DNA of 64,000 nt from Spirochaetia bacterium (GTDB taxonomy: Bacteria; Spirochaetota; Spirochaetia; WTKD01; G963693115). Below are positions 8,554-18,690 of this stretch, in pieces; the stretch's first letter is position 1, and the number at the start of each line of letters is the position of its first letter. The stretch spans positions 32,001 to 96,000 of the forward strand of contig CBDDCA010000004.1 in assembly GCA_965226055.1 (NCBI GenBank), written 5' to 3'. Under the pieces are notes generated by a model. It made no database searches and was not told the origin of the DNA. It saw only the letters and a program-made list of their open reading frames with translations. A program made the translations under genes and the position numbers.

Positions 8554-11500
8554 TTGCAGTATACTGATTTTATTGATAGGATCATACGAAAAGGTAACAC
8601 TGTATTGTTGAACTCTACTTCTAAAATAACTCATTACTACAAAAATGTTATTGAATACTCAGATCTTGCTGAGGTGAGTGTCTTAGCAGATCCAACAGGC
8701 AATTACCCTTGTGATGGCTATACCATTACACAAAAAAACCTTTTGTACGGACAAATTGATACAACAACAGTATATAAACTCTTTGATAGCTCAAAAGATA
8801 ATGTAATTGATATCACTATTGCCTTTGATGCTTTTAAGCATAGCAAGAAATTCAAATCGGCTATGTGGGCAACAGCATCCCTTAAACGTGATGGCACTTT
8901 GAAGATATCAGATTTTCCAAGTTACACAATTTCTAAATCTTACTTAGCTCCTTTTGTTAATACTATTTCTGTTGGTTCTTCATGGGATGAATTTGCAAAT
9001 ATTCAAAACAGTTACCGTTTAACTGATATTCAGGAATGGAGTGATTATATTCAAGCTATTTTCTCAGTTAAAAAAGAGCTTATTAAAAAAATTGAAATAG
9101 ATTTTAAGGGAATGATGTCCGAAATAAAAGATACTAAACACTATATTTTTCAGGGTAATTTAATTGCAAAAATAAATACAAACATCCTTTCCATGTACCA
9201 AGAAAGCTCTAGGCTTAAAAACACGCATTCAATGCTTTCAAAAAAAGTTGCGAAGGTAGCTTTACAAGGTAATAAGTATAAAAAAGATGCGAGAATTACA
9301 TTAACATCTAAACTTTCTGGTGCGCTTCCAAAAAGTCAATTCATCCCGAATATTGAACAATGGAAAAGTATTGAAACTGTATTGAAATCTAAGCATGGTC
9401 AAATGACTGCTGTTCAAGGACCACCAGGAACAGGAAAAACAAGTTTACTTCAGTTTGTGATTGCGTCAGAAGTTGTTAATTCAGTGTGTAACAATGCTAG
9501 CCACCCGACACTCACGACAATTTGTTCAACAAATAATCAGGCTGTTACAAATGCAGTGGAAAGTTTAATTTTAGATTCTTCGGATAGATGGCTTCCAACA
9601 GATGTTGGGCTTGGTATGTATGTGCCAGCTAGATCTGATGGGGTAGTGATACCTAACATCACCATAAATAAAAGCTCCAAAAGCAATAAAGTATATATAA
9701 ATAGTGATTATCTTGAGCCATTCATGCAATGGAATCAATTTTCTAAGATAAAAGAAACATTCATAGCAAATGCTAGAAAAAATCTACAGCTTAATAATAA
9801 TGCCAATCTTCAAGAAATAGAAAAAAAGCTAAAGAAAAAAGTATTGGCTTCCCAAAGAAAGATTGCATTTTCTTTTTTTACATTAAAGATTAAAAATCTT
9901 TTGAGTAGCTATTTGCTTAGTATTTTTAGTAAAAATGATACAAATTATTACAATAGCTTGAAGAAAAACAAATGGAATTATTACCTTACATTAATGAAGC
10001 AGTCTTTTACTGATGCTCTACATTATTGGGAAGCTCGCTTTATTGAAGAGATTGATGCTCTCTTTACTGTTCAAGGGAAAGAGAGAAAACTTGCATTTAA
10101 GTCGTCTCTTGATGTGATTGAGACTATATCTTTGCTCACCCCATTTATTGGTATGACCTTACATCAGCTTGCTAAACATTTTGGAGGAGCTAACAATCCT
10201 AACATTGCTACAGAATCTATAGGTCTACTTATTTTAGACGAGTCAGGACAAATATGTCCTGAAACTGGTTTTTTCTCATTATTGCTTGCCAAAAAAGCTC
10301 TCGTGGTTGGTGATAGCATGCAATTGGAACCTATTCATTCTATCTCTGAAAATGAAGATGATAAGCTAATAAAAAAGAATAGAATGAAAGATTTCTTCAA
10401 ATCTTCTCAAGGCAATTTCATGAACATGGCTGATACTGCTGCTGACTATAGCACTTGTTTGTTGGAGCATTACAGATGTCACTCTGATATTATTGCTATA
10501 TCAAATGAGCTTTGTTATCAAAACAAGCTTGTCCCTAAAACTACTAAGGATCATGGATTATATCCACCTTTATCATTTCTAGATATATATGGGGTTTGCC
10601 AGAAAGATACTTCAGGTAGTTTAAAAAATAGAGATGAATCAGATAGTATTATTTCTTGGATATTTCAAGAAAGAAATAAAATTGAAGCATATTACAAACA
10701 AGACATTAACAATGTTATTGCTGTTGTTACGCCTTTTAAGAAGCATGCAGATACTATTCGTCAAGGTCTTGTAAAAAATGGTATTAAAGGTGTTATTGTT
10801 GGAACAGTTCATAAATTGCAGGGTACTGAATTTCCGATTGTTGTGTTTGCTCCAACCTATACTATTGAATATGTAAGACACGCACTTGAAAATAAAGGAA
10901 AATCTATGTTCTTTGATATTTCTTCTAGCATGATTAATGTTGCAGTTTCTCGAGCAAAGAAAACATTTATTTACATGGGCGATCCAAGAATCTTACATTA
11001 CGGTAATGACAATGAAAGTTTGCCAAGCCAAATTTTAGCAAAGCACCTTAAGAAGAATGCTATTGCATTAGCCTTTAAATCTAAAGATAGTGCTCTTGCT
11101 AAATTGCGTGCCAATATAGAGAGAATTGCATCTTTAGATGCTCATAGAAATATTTTGAAACAAGCGTTTCAAGATGCTCAAGATTGCATAGTGATATCAA
11201 GTCCATTTATTACAAAATATGCAATCGTAAAAGATTCAATAGAAAAGCAAATTTGTAACGCTGTAGAACGTGATGTAAAAGTTAAAATTTTTTATGATTC
11301 AAAACTCAATAGTGTGAGACGTCATGAGCTTAAAGATTCTATACAACTGTTGAAACAAGCAGGGGCAGAAGTAATCCATAAAGAAAGGCTTCATAGTAAA
11401 GTTTTGTACATTGATAATAAAATGATTATTGAGAGTTCATTTAACTGGCTTTCTGCTGTTAGAGATCTATCCTCAGAATATCAACGCTATGAATCTTCTC

Positions 11501-11589
11501 TCGTGTATAGAGGAGAGCTTGCTGCAAAAATGATAGCTGATGTAGAAAAAGAATTTCTACATAATTATAGTCAACAAAAAACTCAGTAA
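8554..11589 (+). CDS. SF1 (Upf1/DNA2-like) helicase fused to C-terminal PLD nuclease domain; Mokosh type II (MkoC)-like candidate
   Basis: GPPGTGKT, ILDESGQ, VGDSMQLEP, LLEHYRC, GTVHKLQGTE, NVAVSRAK; C-terminal HSKVLYID...SFNWLS (HxK PLD motif). Start codon uncertain. Confidence 0.8.
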   Translation: MQYTDFIDRIIRKGNTVLLNSTSKITHYYKNVIEYSDLAEVSVLADPTGNYPCDGYTITQKNLLYGQIDTTTVYKLFDSSKDNVIDITIAFDAFKHSKKFKSAMWATASLKRDGTLKISDFPSYTISKSYLAPFVNTISVGSSWDEFANIQNSYRLTDIQEWSDYIQAIFSVKKELIKKIEIDFKGMMSEIKDTKHYIFQGNLIAKINTNILSMYQESSRLKNTHSMLSKKVAKVALQGNKYKKDARITLTSKLSGALPKSQFIPNIEQWKSIETVLKSKHGQMTAVQGPPGTGKTSLLQFVIASEVVNSVCNNASHPTLTTICSTNNQAVTNAVESLILDSSDRWLPTDVGLGMYVPARSDGVVIPNITINKSSKSNKVYINSDYLEPFMQWNQFSKIKETFIANARKNLQLNNNANLQEIEKKLKKKVLASQRKIAFSFFTLKIKNLLSSYLLSIFSKNDTNYYNSLKKNKWNYYLTLMKQSFTDALHYWEARFIEEIDALFTVQGKERKLAFKSSLDVIETISLLTPFIGMTLHQLAKHFGGANNPNIATESIGLLILDESGQICPETGFFSLLLAKKALVVGDSMQLEPIHSISENEDDKLIKKNRMKDFFKSSQGNFMNMADTAADYSTCLLEHYRCHSDIIAISNELCYQNKLVPKTTKDHGLYPPLSFLDIYGVCQKDTSGSLKNRDESDSIISWIFQERNKIEAYYKQDINNVIAVVTPFKKHADTIRQGLVKNGIKGVIVGTVHKLQGTEFPIVVFAPTYTIEYVRHALENKGKSMFFDISSSMINVAVSRAKKTFIYMGDPRILHYGNDNESLPSQILAKHLKKNAIALAFKSKDSALAKLRANIERIASLDAHRNILKQAFQDAQDCIVISSPFITKYAIVKDSIEKQICNAVERDVKVKIFYDSKLNSVRRHELKDSIQLLKQAGAEVIHKERLHSKVLYIDNKMIIESSFNWLSAVRDLSSEYQRYESSLVYRGELAAKMIADVEKEFLHNYSQQKTQ

Positions 11590-11592
11590 CAA

Positions 11593-12486
11593 TTAAAATT
11601 TTTCGACAATTGGTTGAAATACTCGTATAAAAGTCTCTAATTTTTCTTTGAACCATGCATGATATTCAGGCCAGTTATTTTTATTTTCAATATCAGCAGA
11701 TTTTTCCGAATCTGATTTTAATTTTATAATGGAGTGTTTTCTATCATCTTGCCATTCTAAAGCTTCTCCAAATGATTTCTCAATAGTATCTTTTTGCTCA
11801 TAAAGCTCTTTAAATTTTTCCTTCATTTTTTTATATAGGCATATTCTAGCAGTTAATTTTTTAGCTCGCGTATTGCAAAAAATGCATAATTTCACATTTG
11901 TTTTTAGAGGAAAATATGCGTAGCCTTGATTTACTGAAGAGGAATCTGGTATCTCTGGATTTTGCTTAAGATATTCAAAGAGAGCAGAGTAGTATTCTGA
12001 TTCAGGTGGCTGTGATATTATGTTAAATTTTGGTGCAGGAAGAGAATTATCAATACACCAGAGTTCAATCTCTAAGCCAAAAAAACGTAAATTTTCATTA
12101 GTGTTTTTGTTGAGCCAATCAAGTGCAGTTCTGTGTTCTTCTGAGAATTTTTCTGCTATCCAGATAATAGTGGCATTAACGGCATCAAGACCAGCAGCAT
12201 AGGTCGTCAGTTGTCCAAGATGTTTATGATCTGTTTTCTTAAACTGATTCTCAATCAAAATTAAAGAGTCATCTTCATTTTTACAAACTATATCGGCACG
12301 AAATGGACCAATTCTTTTTTCTGTTTCTACTTTTTCTACAGACTCAAGGTGAATATTGCCACCAATCGTATCTCCCAAGCGTTTAAGATTTTCTTCTTCT
12401 GCGAGCCAGGGTGTGAAGTCACGTTCCTCATGTCCCCAAATCTCTCGAAGTTTCACAGGTTTTAATTCCCCTAATTTTTTTTCCAT
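11593..12486 (-). CDS. DUF4268-domain protein with N-terminal PD-(D/E)XK (NucS-like) nuclease fold
   Basis: LREIWGHEERDFTPWL, RADIV..IENQF..TDHKHLGQLTTYAAG, C-terminal IEKSFGEALEW. SD AGGAGG precedes ATG 12486. Confidence 0.85.
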   Translation of the reverse strand: MEKKLGELKPVKLREIWGHEERDFTPWLAEEENLKRLGDTIGGNIHLESVEKVETEKRIGPFRADIVCKNEDDSLILIENQFKKTDHKHLGQLTTYAAGLDAVNATIIWIAEKFSEEHRTALDWLNKNTNENLRFFGLEIELWCIDNSLPAPKFNIISQPPESEYYSALFEYLKQNPEIPDSSSVNQGYAYFPLKTNVKLCIFCNTRAKKLTARICLYKKMKEKFKELYEQKDTIEKSFGEALEWQDDRKHSIIKLKSDSEKSADIENKNNWPEYHAWFKEKLETFIRVFQPIVEKF

Positions 12487-12730
12487 AATCAACCTCCTGC
12501 TCCAAGTATATAATACTTATATCCTATTTACAAGCAATCTATAATTAAATTCATGAGTTCAAAGATTAAATGCGACAAAGGAGCAAAAAAAGAGCAAGAA
12601 AAAATCTCCAATATACTGTAGCATAATAATGGAAAAGTTAGTATTATATATAGATATTTACAGTATCATTACATACTTAGACATATATATATGATACACT
12701 AAATCTAGTACCCGAAAGGTATGCAAAAAT

Positions 12731-14305
12731 ATGATAAGAAATGGAGAGAGACATATGATGAAAAAAAAGGATAAACAGAGAGAAAGAAACAGGCATACAT
12801 CCATGTATGGAATGTATCGGTATTGTGTTTTTATTTTGTTGATACTCATGAGTGCATTGTTATATACTTGTACTGCACCTAAGAGTACCGATTCTACTGA
12901 TTACGATATTAAGTTTTATGTGAGTAGTGTGGAAAAAAGTAATGTTGTTACAAATAGCGTAATTTTACAAGCTACTAACTTTAGTACTAAGTCAGATATT
13001 CCAAAAGTAACATGGGAAAATAAATTGAGTGATCCTAGTAAGTGGCTAGTACTTATGTATAAGCGAGGATCAAGTGATATATTCTTTTCAAGTATTGTAG
13101 ATGGAGATAGCACTACTAAAGAAGCTGGAGTTGCCGATTATGTCAATACCAGTAATTTTTCTACTCATCAAGATTTTCCTGTAGAGTATCGTGTATCAGT
13201 AACAAGACTTGAAGCAGGAACATGGAGCATTGACTCTGCTTCGGGGAACATAACAGTCAGCGGAGGAAAATTGACACAGGAGCTTACATTAGAAAAGAAA
13301 GCTCAGATTGATATTGCACGATATGGTGAAGAGGAATATACTACTCGGATTGAAGGAAAAAATGCCTTTAAAAATAGAGATTCAGACGCTCAGAAAATTA
13401 TAGACGCCTCTCTCAGTGGGAACACTGCAGGCATTCCTCTTATAAAAACACCAAGTGCGTTTGAGTTGACAAGTACCAGTATGAGTAATGGGGAAGTTAT
13501 AGGGATATTACCAGACGAAAAAGGCTTTAAGCATAGTTCTGGTAATTGTTCGGGGTACTTAGGAGAAAGTGTTTCGCCAGCATTAGATTGGTCAAAAAAA
13601 ACAGCAAAGTCCAATAACAGTACTTTTGTTGTTCTTGCTTATGATCCTGTTCAAAAAAATCCCGTTGGCAAATTAAATGAAACAGCAGCCTCTCCTTACT
13701 TTTCATTGTGGTTTCAGTATAATATCCCTGTTAATGTAAAAAAAATGCCCGAAGGAGATGGAGGAAACGGTACTAGTGATAAGAAAGATGAGGATAATCC
13801 CTTATTTGACAGTACGCCTACTCCTAAGGCAGGGACCTTGTCTCATAATGTATATTCTCTCTCATCGAGTGAGCTATTGGGATTTTATAATCTTACTAAA
13901 TGCTATGATACTGCAAAGCCAGATCTAACAACGCTTCCTATCCGAAAGCGATATGATGGACCCTTGTCAAACCCATACTCAGGGAGGCATTATACACGTT
14001 TTCTTGTGTTTGAAGTTGATAATGGCAGTCTTGCAGAATTTAAAGATGCGTCAGTTGAGAGCTTACAGCAAAATAAAGTGGAAAGTGCCACAAGAAGAGC
14101 TGAGCTTAAAAAATTTGGTTTTGATAAAAAAGTTTCTGGATCTTCTGTTGATATGTTAGTACAAAATTTTATTGACATAGATAGAACAAAAATTAGGAAC
14201 AATGATTTTACTGATTTGAATGTAAATCATAAGAATGGTAAAGTAAAAGTGTTGGGAGTGTCTGTGCTACTATTTGCTATAGATGCAGCAACATTGCCAT
14301 TTTAA
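12731..14305 (+). CDS. Lipoprotein with C-terminal divergent PEBP (YbhB/YbcL) domain
   Basis: Lipobox-like LLYTC; FELTSTS...GESVSPALDW...FVVLAYDP...WFQYNIP...YDGP...GRHYTRFLVF follows the PEBP pattern. True start is probably one of the downstream Mets. Confidence 0.65.
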   Translation: MIRNGERHMMKKKDKQRERNRHTSMYGMYRYCVFILLILMSALLYTCTAPKSTDSTDYDIKFYVSSVEKSNVVTNSVILQATNFSTKSDIPKVTWENKLSDPSKWLVLMYKRGSSDIFFSSIVDGDSTTKEAGVADYVNTSNFSTHQDFPVEYRVSVTRLEAGTWSIDSASGNITVSGGKLTQELTLEKKAQIDIARYGEEEYTTRIEGKNAFKNRDSDAQKIIDASLSGNTAGIPLIKTPSAFELTSTSMSNGEVIGILPDEKGFKHSSGNCSGYLGESVSPALDWSKKTAKSNNSTFVVLAYDPVQKNPVGKLNETAASPYFSLWFQYNIPVNVKKMPEGDGGNGTSDKKDEDNPLFDSTPTPKAGTLSHNVYSLSSSELLGFYNLTKCYDTAKPDLTTLPIRKRYDGPLSNPYSGRHYTRFLVFEVDNGSLAEFKDASVESLQQNKVESATRRAELKKFGFDKKVSGSSVDMLVQNFIDIDRTKIRNNDFTDLNVNHKNGKVKVLGVSVLLFAIDAATLPF

Positions 14306-14329
14306 GCAGGAGTAAAAAAGGAGTCTATA

Positions 14330-14983
14330 ATGTATGATAGATATAGTATAAAAAGAAAAATCAGTATAATAGTACTGTTTTTTTTAATGGTAAGTTTTGT
14401 GTATGGAGCAGAAGAGGAGTTGTCTATGAAAAAAGCGTATTTTGCAGGAGGGTGTTTTTGGTGTATGGAAGCTCCTTTTGAAAAGCTAGAAGGAGTAAGT
14501 GAAGTTCTTTCGGGATATACAGGAGGAAAAGAGCTAAACCCTACCTATAAGCAAGTAGCAAGTGGAAGGACAGGACACTATGAGGCAGTAGTCGTAGTAT
14601 ACGATGAAGAGAAAATTACTTACGAGGAGCTGTTGCAGGTATTTTGGAGACAAATAGACCCTACTGATGGAGGAGGGCAGTTTGTTGATAGAGGAAAACA
14701 CTATGCCACTGCTATCTTTTATACAAATGAAGAAGAAAAGCGTCTCGCTGAGGAATCAAAAGTGTTTTTACAAAAATCAGGATGGTTTAATCGTCCCATT
14801 GTTACCGAAATTATTCCTTTTGATACATTTTATGTTGCAGAAAAATATCATCAAGACTATTATAAAACAAATGCATTGAGCTATAAATTTTATCGTGCTG
14901 GTTCAGGAAGAGATCAATTTTTGAATCGTGTATGGGGAGAAGAAGCAGATGATATTGATGAGATACCGATGAAACCCCAATAG
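14330..14983 (+). CDS. msrA: Peptide methionine sulfoxide reductase A with signal peptide
   Basis: AGGCFWCME, GYTGG..NPTY, TGHYE, AEKYHQDYY. Confidence 0.95.
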   Translation: MYDRYSIKRKISIIVLFFLMVSFVYGAEEELSMKKAYFAGGCFWCMEAPFEKLEGVSEVLSGYTGGKELNPTYKQVASGRTGHYEAVVVVYDEEKITYEELLQVFWRQIDPTDGGGQFVDRGKHYATAIFYTNEEEKRLAEESKVFLQKSGWFNRPIVTEIIPFDTFYVAEKYHQDYYKTNALSYKFYRAGSGRDQFLNRVWGEEADDIDEIPMKPQ

Positions 14984-14998
14984 AGAGTAACACAAAAT

Positions 14999-15424
14999 AT
15001 GGCAGAGGATACAAAGCAAGAAACTATTGAAGAGAGTAGCCAGTTTCTTCCACAGTTTTCTCTTGAAGTAGAGGGGCAGAACCTTATACCAGTGATTGTG
15101 CAAGAACAGTCGACAGGCATGGTACTGATGTTTGCTTATATGAACAGAGAAGCGTTGCAGCTTACCATTGATAGTAAGGAAGCAGTATTTTACAGTCGTT
15201 CACGAAAAACATTGTGGCGTAAAGGAGAAACAAGTGGTAATGTATTGCGGGTACACTCTATACGCTGTGATTGTGATCAAGACACATTACTGCTTTTTGT
15301 AAGTATAGAAAATAATGGGCTTGCATGCCATACACAGAGAAAAAGCTGTTTTTATCGTACCGTACATAAAAACGATGAAAAAGACGCAACGCATAAGACA
15401 TATACACTCCATTTTTTAGAATAA
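14999..15424 (+). CDS. hisI: Phosphoribosyl-AMP cyclohydrolase
   Basis: [31 protein letters not shown]. Confidence 0.92.
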   Translation: MAEDTKQETIEESSQFLPQFSLEVEGQNLIPVIVQEQSTGMVLMFAYMNREALQLTIDSKEAVFYSRSRKTLWRKGETSGNVLRVHSIRCDCDQDTLLLFVSIENNGLACHTQRKSCFYRTVHKNDEKDATHKTYTLHFLE

Positions 15425-15431
15425 AAAATAT

Positions 15432-16655
15432 ATGGTATTAAAAGCTCCTATGATAAAAATACTACGATGCATACAAGCACTAAGAGGGCATGTAATAGAA
15501 ATCTTTCTTTTTTTCATACTTATATTTGTTCATGCAAATATACATGCTCTTGATATAGATGCGGATATTAAGTTTGTCGCACTCCCTGATAATAACGGAT
15601 ACTCTGTAAATGCAGTTAACAAAGAGCCATTTCCAATATACATACATATTGATTTTTCACTTGTTTCTTACACTTCATCGGTAGAGTTGCCTGCAATCAT
15701 TAAGCTAGAGTCTGGAACAACAGATACTATTGTACAGTTACATAAGATAGAAGGACAGCAACGTTTTTCTTACTCAGTACGTTATTCTTTTATGTTTACC
15801 GAACCACGTACTACTGTTCCTGATGATTACTTGTACTATTTTCCATTTAAGCATGGGACTGCTCATAGAATAGGGCAGGGATGGAATGGAAGTTTTTCTC
15901 ATAGAGGGCAAAATACCTATGCTGTTGATTTTAACATGGATGAAGGAACTGAGATTTATGCAGCAAGAGAAGGCATAGTAGTCTCTTTGAAAGAAGATTC
16001 TAAGATAGGGGGAGCTTCTGCAAGATATGCAGATCATACAAACTATGTATTAGTACAGCATAGCGATGGCAGCTTTTCAAATTATGTTCATCTTCAATAT
16101 AACGGAGCATTGGTGAACAAAGGAGATACAGTACAGGTAGGAGACGTGATAGGATTAAGTGGTTCTACTGGTGTTTCAACGGGACCTCACTTACATTTTG
16201 ATGTACGTATATTTAATACTGAGGGAAAATTTTACAGTATTCCTTTTATGTTTAGTGGAAAAGATGGAGTTTCTATTAGTCCTTTAGTAGGAAGAACCTA
16301 CTATGCGTACTTTCCCAATAAGGAAGCATTTACTGAAATAAGAGGGGAAAATATAAAAATATCAGATTATGATTCTTATAGAAAAACTCTTGATGCTTCT
16401 TTCTCAAAATCTGAGATCAGTATACGAACTGAACCATATGATGATCGTCTTGTTGTATTTATTGCAAATGGGAATGATGCTGCCATAGAGGCAACAGTGA
16501 ATCTTAGTCTCAACAATTTAGAATCGCTACTTGGTAACCCCATCAATATCAGTATACAAGCACGAGAAGAGCTATTCTTGACAATATTGCTAGTAAAAGA
16601 TCTTGCAAAAAGATACGGATTACAATCACGCATACGCTATAAAAAGCCTCAATAG
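15432..16655 (+). CDS. M23 family metallopeptidase
   Basis: H..YAVDF..GTEIYAAREG, YVHL, GSTGVSTGPHLHF. Confidence 0.9.
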   Translation: MVLKAPMIKILRCIQALRGHVIEIFLFFILIFVHANIHALDIDADIKFVALPDNNGYSVNAVNKEPFPIYIHIDFSLVSYTSSVELPAIIKLESGTTDTIVQLHKIEGQQRFSYSVRYSFMFTEPRTTVPDDYLYYFPFKHGTAHRIGQGWNGSFSHRGQNTYAVDFNMDEGTEIYAAREGIVVSLKEDSKIGGASARYADHTNYVLVQHSDGSFSNYVHLQYNGALVNKGDTVQVGDVIGLSGSTGVSTGPHLHFDVRIFNTEGKFYSIPFMFSGKDGVSISPLVGRTYYAYFPNKEAFTEIRGENIKISDYDSYRKTLDASFSKSEISIRTEPYDDRLVVFIANGNDAAIEATVNLSLNNLESLLGNPINISIQAREELFLTILLVKDLAKRYGLQSRIRYKKPQ

Positions 16656-16753
16656 TTGCTATAGTATTACAAAATTGTAATACTGGAGTAATGTTTATGA
16701 AGTGTATATATACTATATTAGAATATATATAATACCTCCTCTTTATATATGTT

Positions 16754-16786
16754 AGCACCTTACAATTTGTAAGGTGCTTTTTTTTT
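16754..16786 (+). terminator. Rho-independent terminator
   Basis: agcaccttacaa/ttgtaaggtgct inverted repeat followed by a T-run. Confidence 0.85.
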
Positions 16787-16829
16787 GTAGTGATATATTT
16801 TTTTAGTGCCTATTTTTAGTATATGGAGA

Positions 16830-17795
16830 TTATAAAAAGTATTGTACGATATTCATAACTGAAGGAGTATATGAAGTACCAAAGAGATTGAGGTGGTTGA
16901 GGAGATGATATAAATTATAGATATGTTTTCTTTCTTGATATGCTTTTTCTAAGGGAAGTATGTCATTATATGTGTTATAAAATTGAGCATCACAAGATCC
17001 AAAAAGTTCTGTCATAGCAATGTCTGCTTCGTAATGTCCATAGTATACAGCAGGGTCTATGAGAAGAGCCTGTTCTTTTTTCACGCATAAATAGTTTCCG
17101 CTCCATAAATCTCCATGAAGAAGAGAAGGCATTGATATATCAGGGATAAGAAGAGGGAGTTTACTGCACAGTTGTTCTATTTTTTTAGCATCATGAGGAG
17201 TAATACGTGTATTATGTATTGCTAACTGTAATTGAAAGAGCAATCGTTCGTTAGTAAAAAAATGTAGCCAAGAATGATGTAGCGTATTTTTCTGTACTGT
17301 ATCTCCTAGATAATTATCATGAAAAAAACCAAATAAGGGGCGCTCTGTATGTTGTGTATTGTTATCAAGTACAGAAGGATGCATATGCATATGTGCAAGT
17401 GTCTGTGCAAAATGTTCCCAAAAATGAGGAGATGCTTTGTGCTGTTCCCAATACTCAAGCAATAAAGTACTGTTATTGTTGTTATTGCTTACAATGCCAT
17501 ATACATGCACTGTAGCAATACTATGTGTCGAAGCTATAGTCATAAGCCCACTCGCTTCTGCTTGGCATCTATCCATAGCTTGGTTTCCTTGATATTCTTT
17601 ACTTACTATTTGTTTCAAAACACTATTGCTTGAAGAGTGTTTTGTTTCATCGTGAAGTAACAGTATATGCGTGGAAGCACCATCTCTGACACTTAATGGA
17701 GACTTTCTTTGTATTATCGTTGATGGAGTAAACAGCTGTGTTACTGCTTCTTTCATAGAAGAAAAGATTGGAGCACTAGAATAATATTTTCCCAT
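16830..17795 (-). CDS. Fructosamine kinase family protein
   Basis: FGFFHDNYLG, PSLLHGDLWSGN, LIDPAVYYGHYEADIAMTELFG, YNLYHLLNHLNLFG. Confidence 0.9.
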   Translation of the reverse strand: MGKYYSSAPIFSSMKEAVTQLFTPSTIIQRKSPLSVRDGASTHILLLHDETKHSSSNSVLKQIVSKEYQGNQAMDRCQAEASGLMTIASTHSIATVHVYGIVSNNNNNSTLLLEYWEQHKASPHFWEHFAQTLAHMHMHPSVLDNNTQHTERPLFGFFHDNYLGDTVQKNTLHHSWLHFFTNERLLFQLQLAIHNTRITPHDAKKIEQLCSKLPLLIPDISMPSLLHGDLWSGNYLCVKKEQALLIDPAVYYGHYEADIAMTELFGSCDAQFYNTYNDILPLEKAYQERKHIYNLYHLLNHLNLFGTSYTPSVMNIVQYFL

Positions 17796-17814
17796 ATATG
17801 TTATAATACCCTAT
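17796..17814. promoter_or_regulatory. Putative bidirectional leaderless promoter
   Basis: 19-bp gap between divergent ATGs; TATAAT on + and TATTAT on -, each 7 nt before its ATG; no room for an SD. Confidence 0.55.
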
Positions 17815-18690
17815 ATGGTACTATGTGATGATCTAAAGTATATTTATAAAAAATCTAACAAAGGGCTTACTAAGCTGAGTGTTGCTTTACAAAAGGAACA
17901 TGTATACGGTTTGTTAGGAAAAAACGGTTCAGGGAAAACTACATTACTTTATATTATTTCCAGTTTATTGTTTCCTCAGAACGGGGCTTGTACTATTGAT
18001 AGTATATCAGCTACCATGCGCAACCCTAAAGTATTACAGAACTTTTATGTGTTTCCAGAAGATATATTTGATATATCAATGAGTGCGCAGAAATTTGTTG
18101 ATCATTACTCAATGTTTTACCCTAACTTTGATAGATATTATTTTCAAACATTAGCACAAGATTTAGATATACAAGATAGCTTGTCTTCCTTATTACATAA
18201 ACTTTCGTTGGGGCAGAGAAAAAAGGTGTTTATAGCATTTGCATTGGCAACAAAGGTGCAGGTATTATTGTTTGATGAGCCAACAAACGGTCTTGATATT
18301 CCAAGTCGTACTGCACTCAAGAGTGTGATATATAAAAATGCTCATAGCAATAATCAGATTGTACTCATATCTACCCATAACATCAGAGATATAGAAAATT
18401 TAGTAAGCAGTTATATTTTTATTGATAAAGGAGAACATTTATTTACTGTTGATACCGAAACGATTTTTACAAATTTTATCTTAAAGAAACATGGGACTCC
18501 TACACAAAAAAATGCATTGTACACTTGTAAGGTATTTGATGGATACGCGTCTCTTCTTGAAAATAAGAGACATAAACTAGAAGAGTTTGATCTTGAAATA
18601 TTTTTTACTATGGCATTAAATGAGCAAGGATTACAAAATATGCTTGCTACACTAGGACAGCCAGTTATATATGAGCAAACAAATATATGA
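17815..18690 (+). CDS. ABC-2 type transporter ATP-binding protein
   Basis: GKNGSGKTT, LSLGQ, DEPTNGLD, ISTH. Confidence 0.9.
   Translation: MVLCDDLKYIYKKSNKGLTKLSVALQKEHVYGLLGKNGSGKTTLLYIISSLLFPQNGACTIDSISATMRNPKVLQNFYVFPEDIFDISMSAQKFVDHYSMFYPNFDRYYFQTLAQDLDIQDSLSSLLHKLSLGQRKKVFIAFALATKVQVLLFDEPTNGLDIPSRTALKSVIYKNAHSNNQIVLISTHNIRDIENLVSSYIFIDKGEHLFTVDTETIFTNFILKKHGTPTQKNALYTCKVFDGYASLLENKRHKLEEFDLEIFFTMALNEQGLQNMLATLGQPVIYEQTNI

Noticed and set aside
12552-12620. Tiny frame KEQEKISNIL (and PLPKRKEIQK after 62389) resembling HsdS conserved helices beside defence islets
   Set aside because: Too short to distinguish from chance in A-rich sequence without a search.
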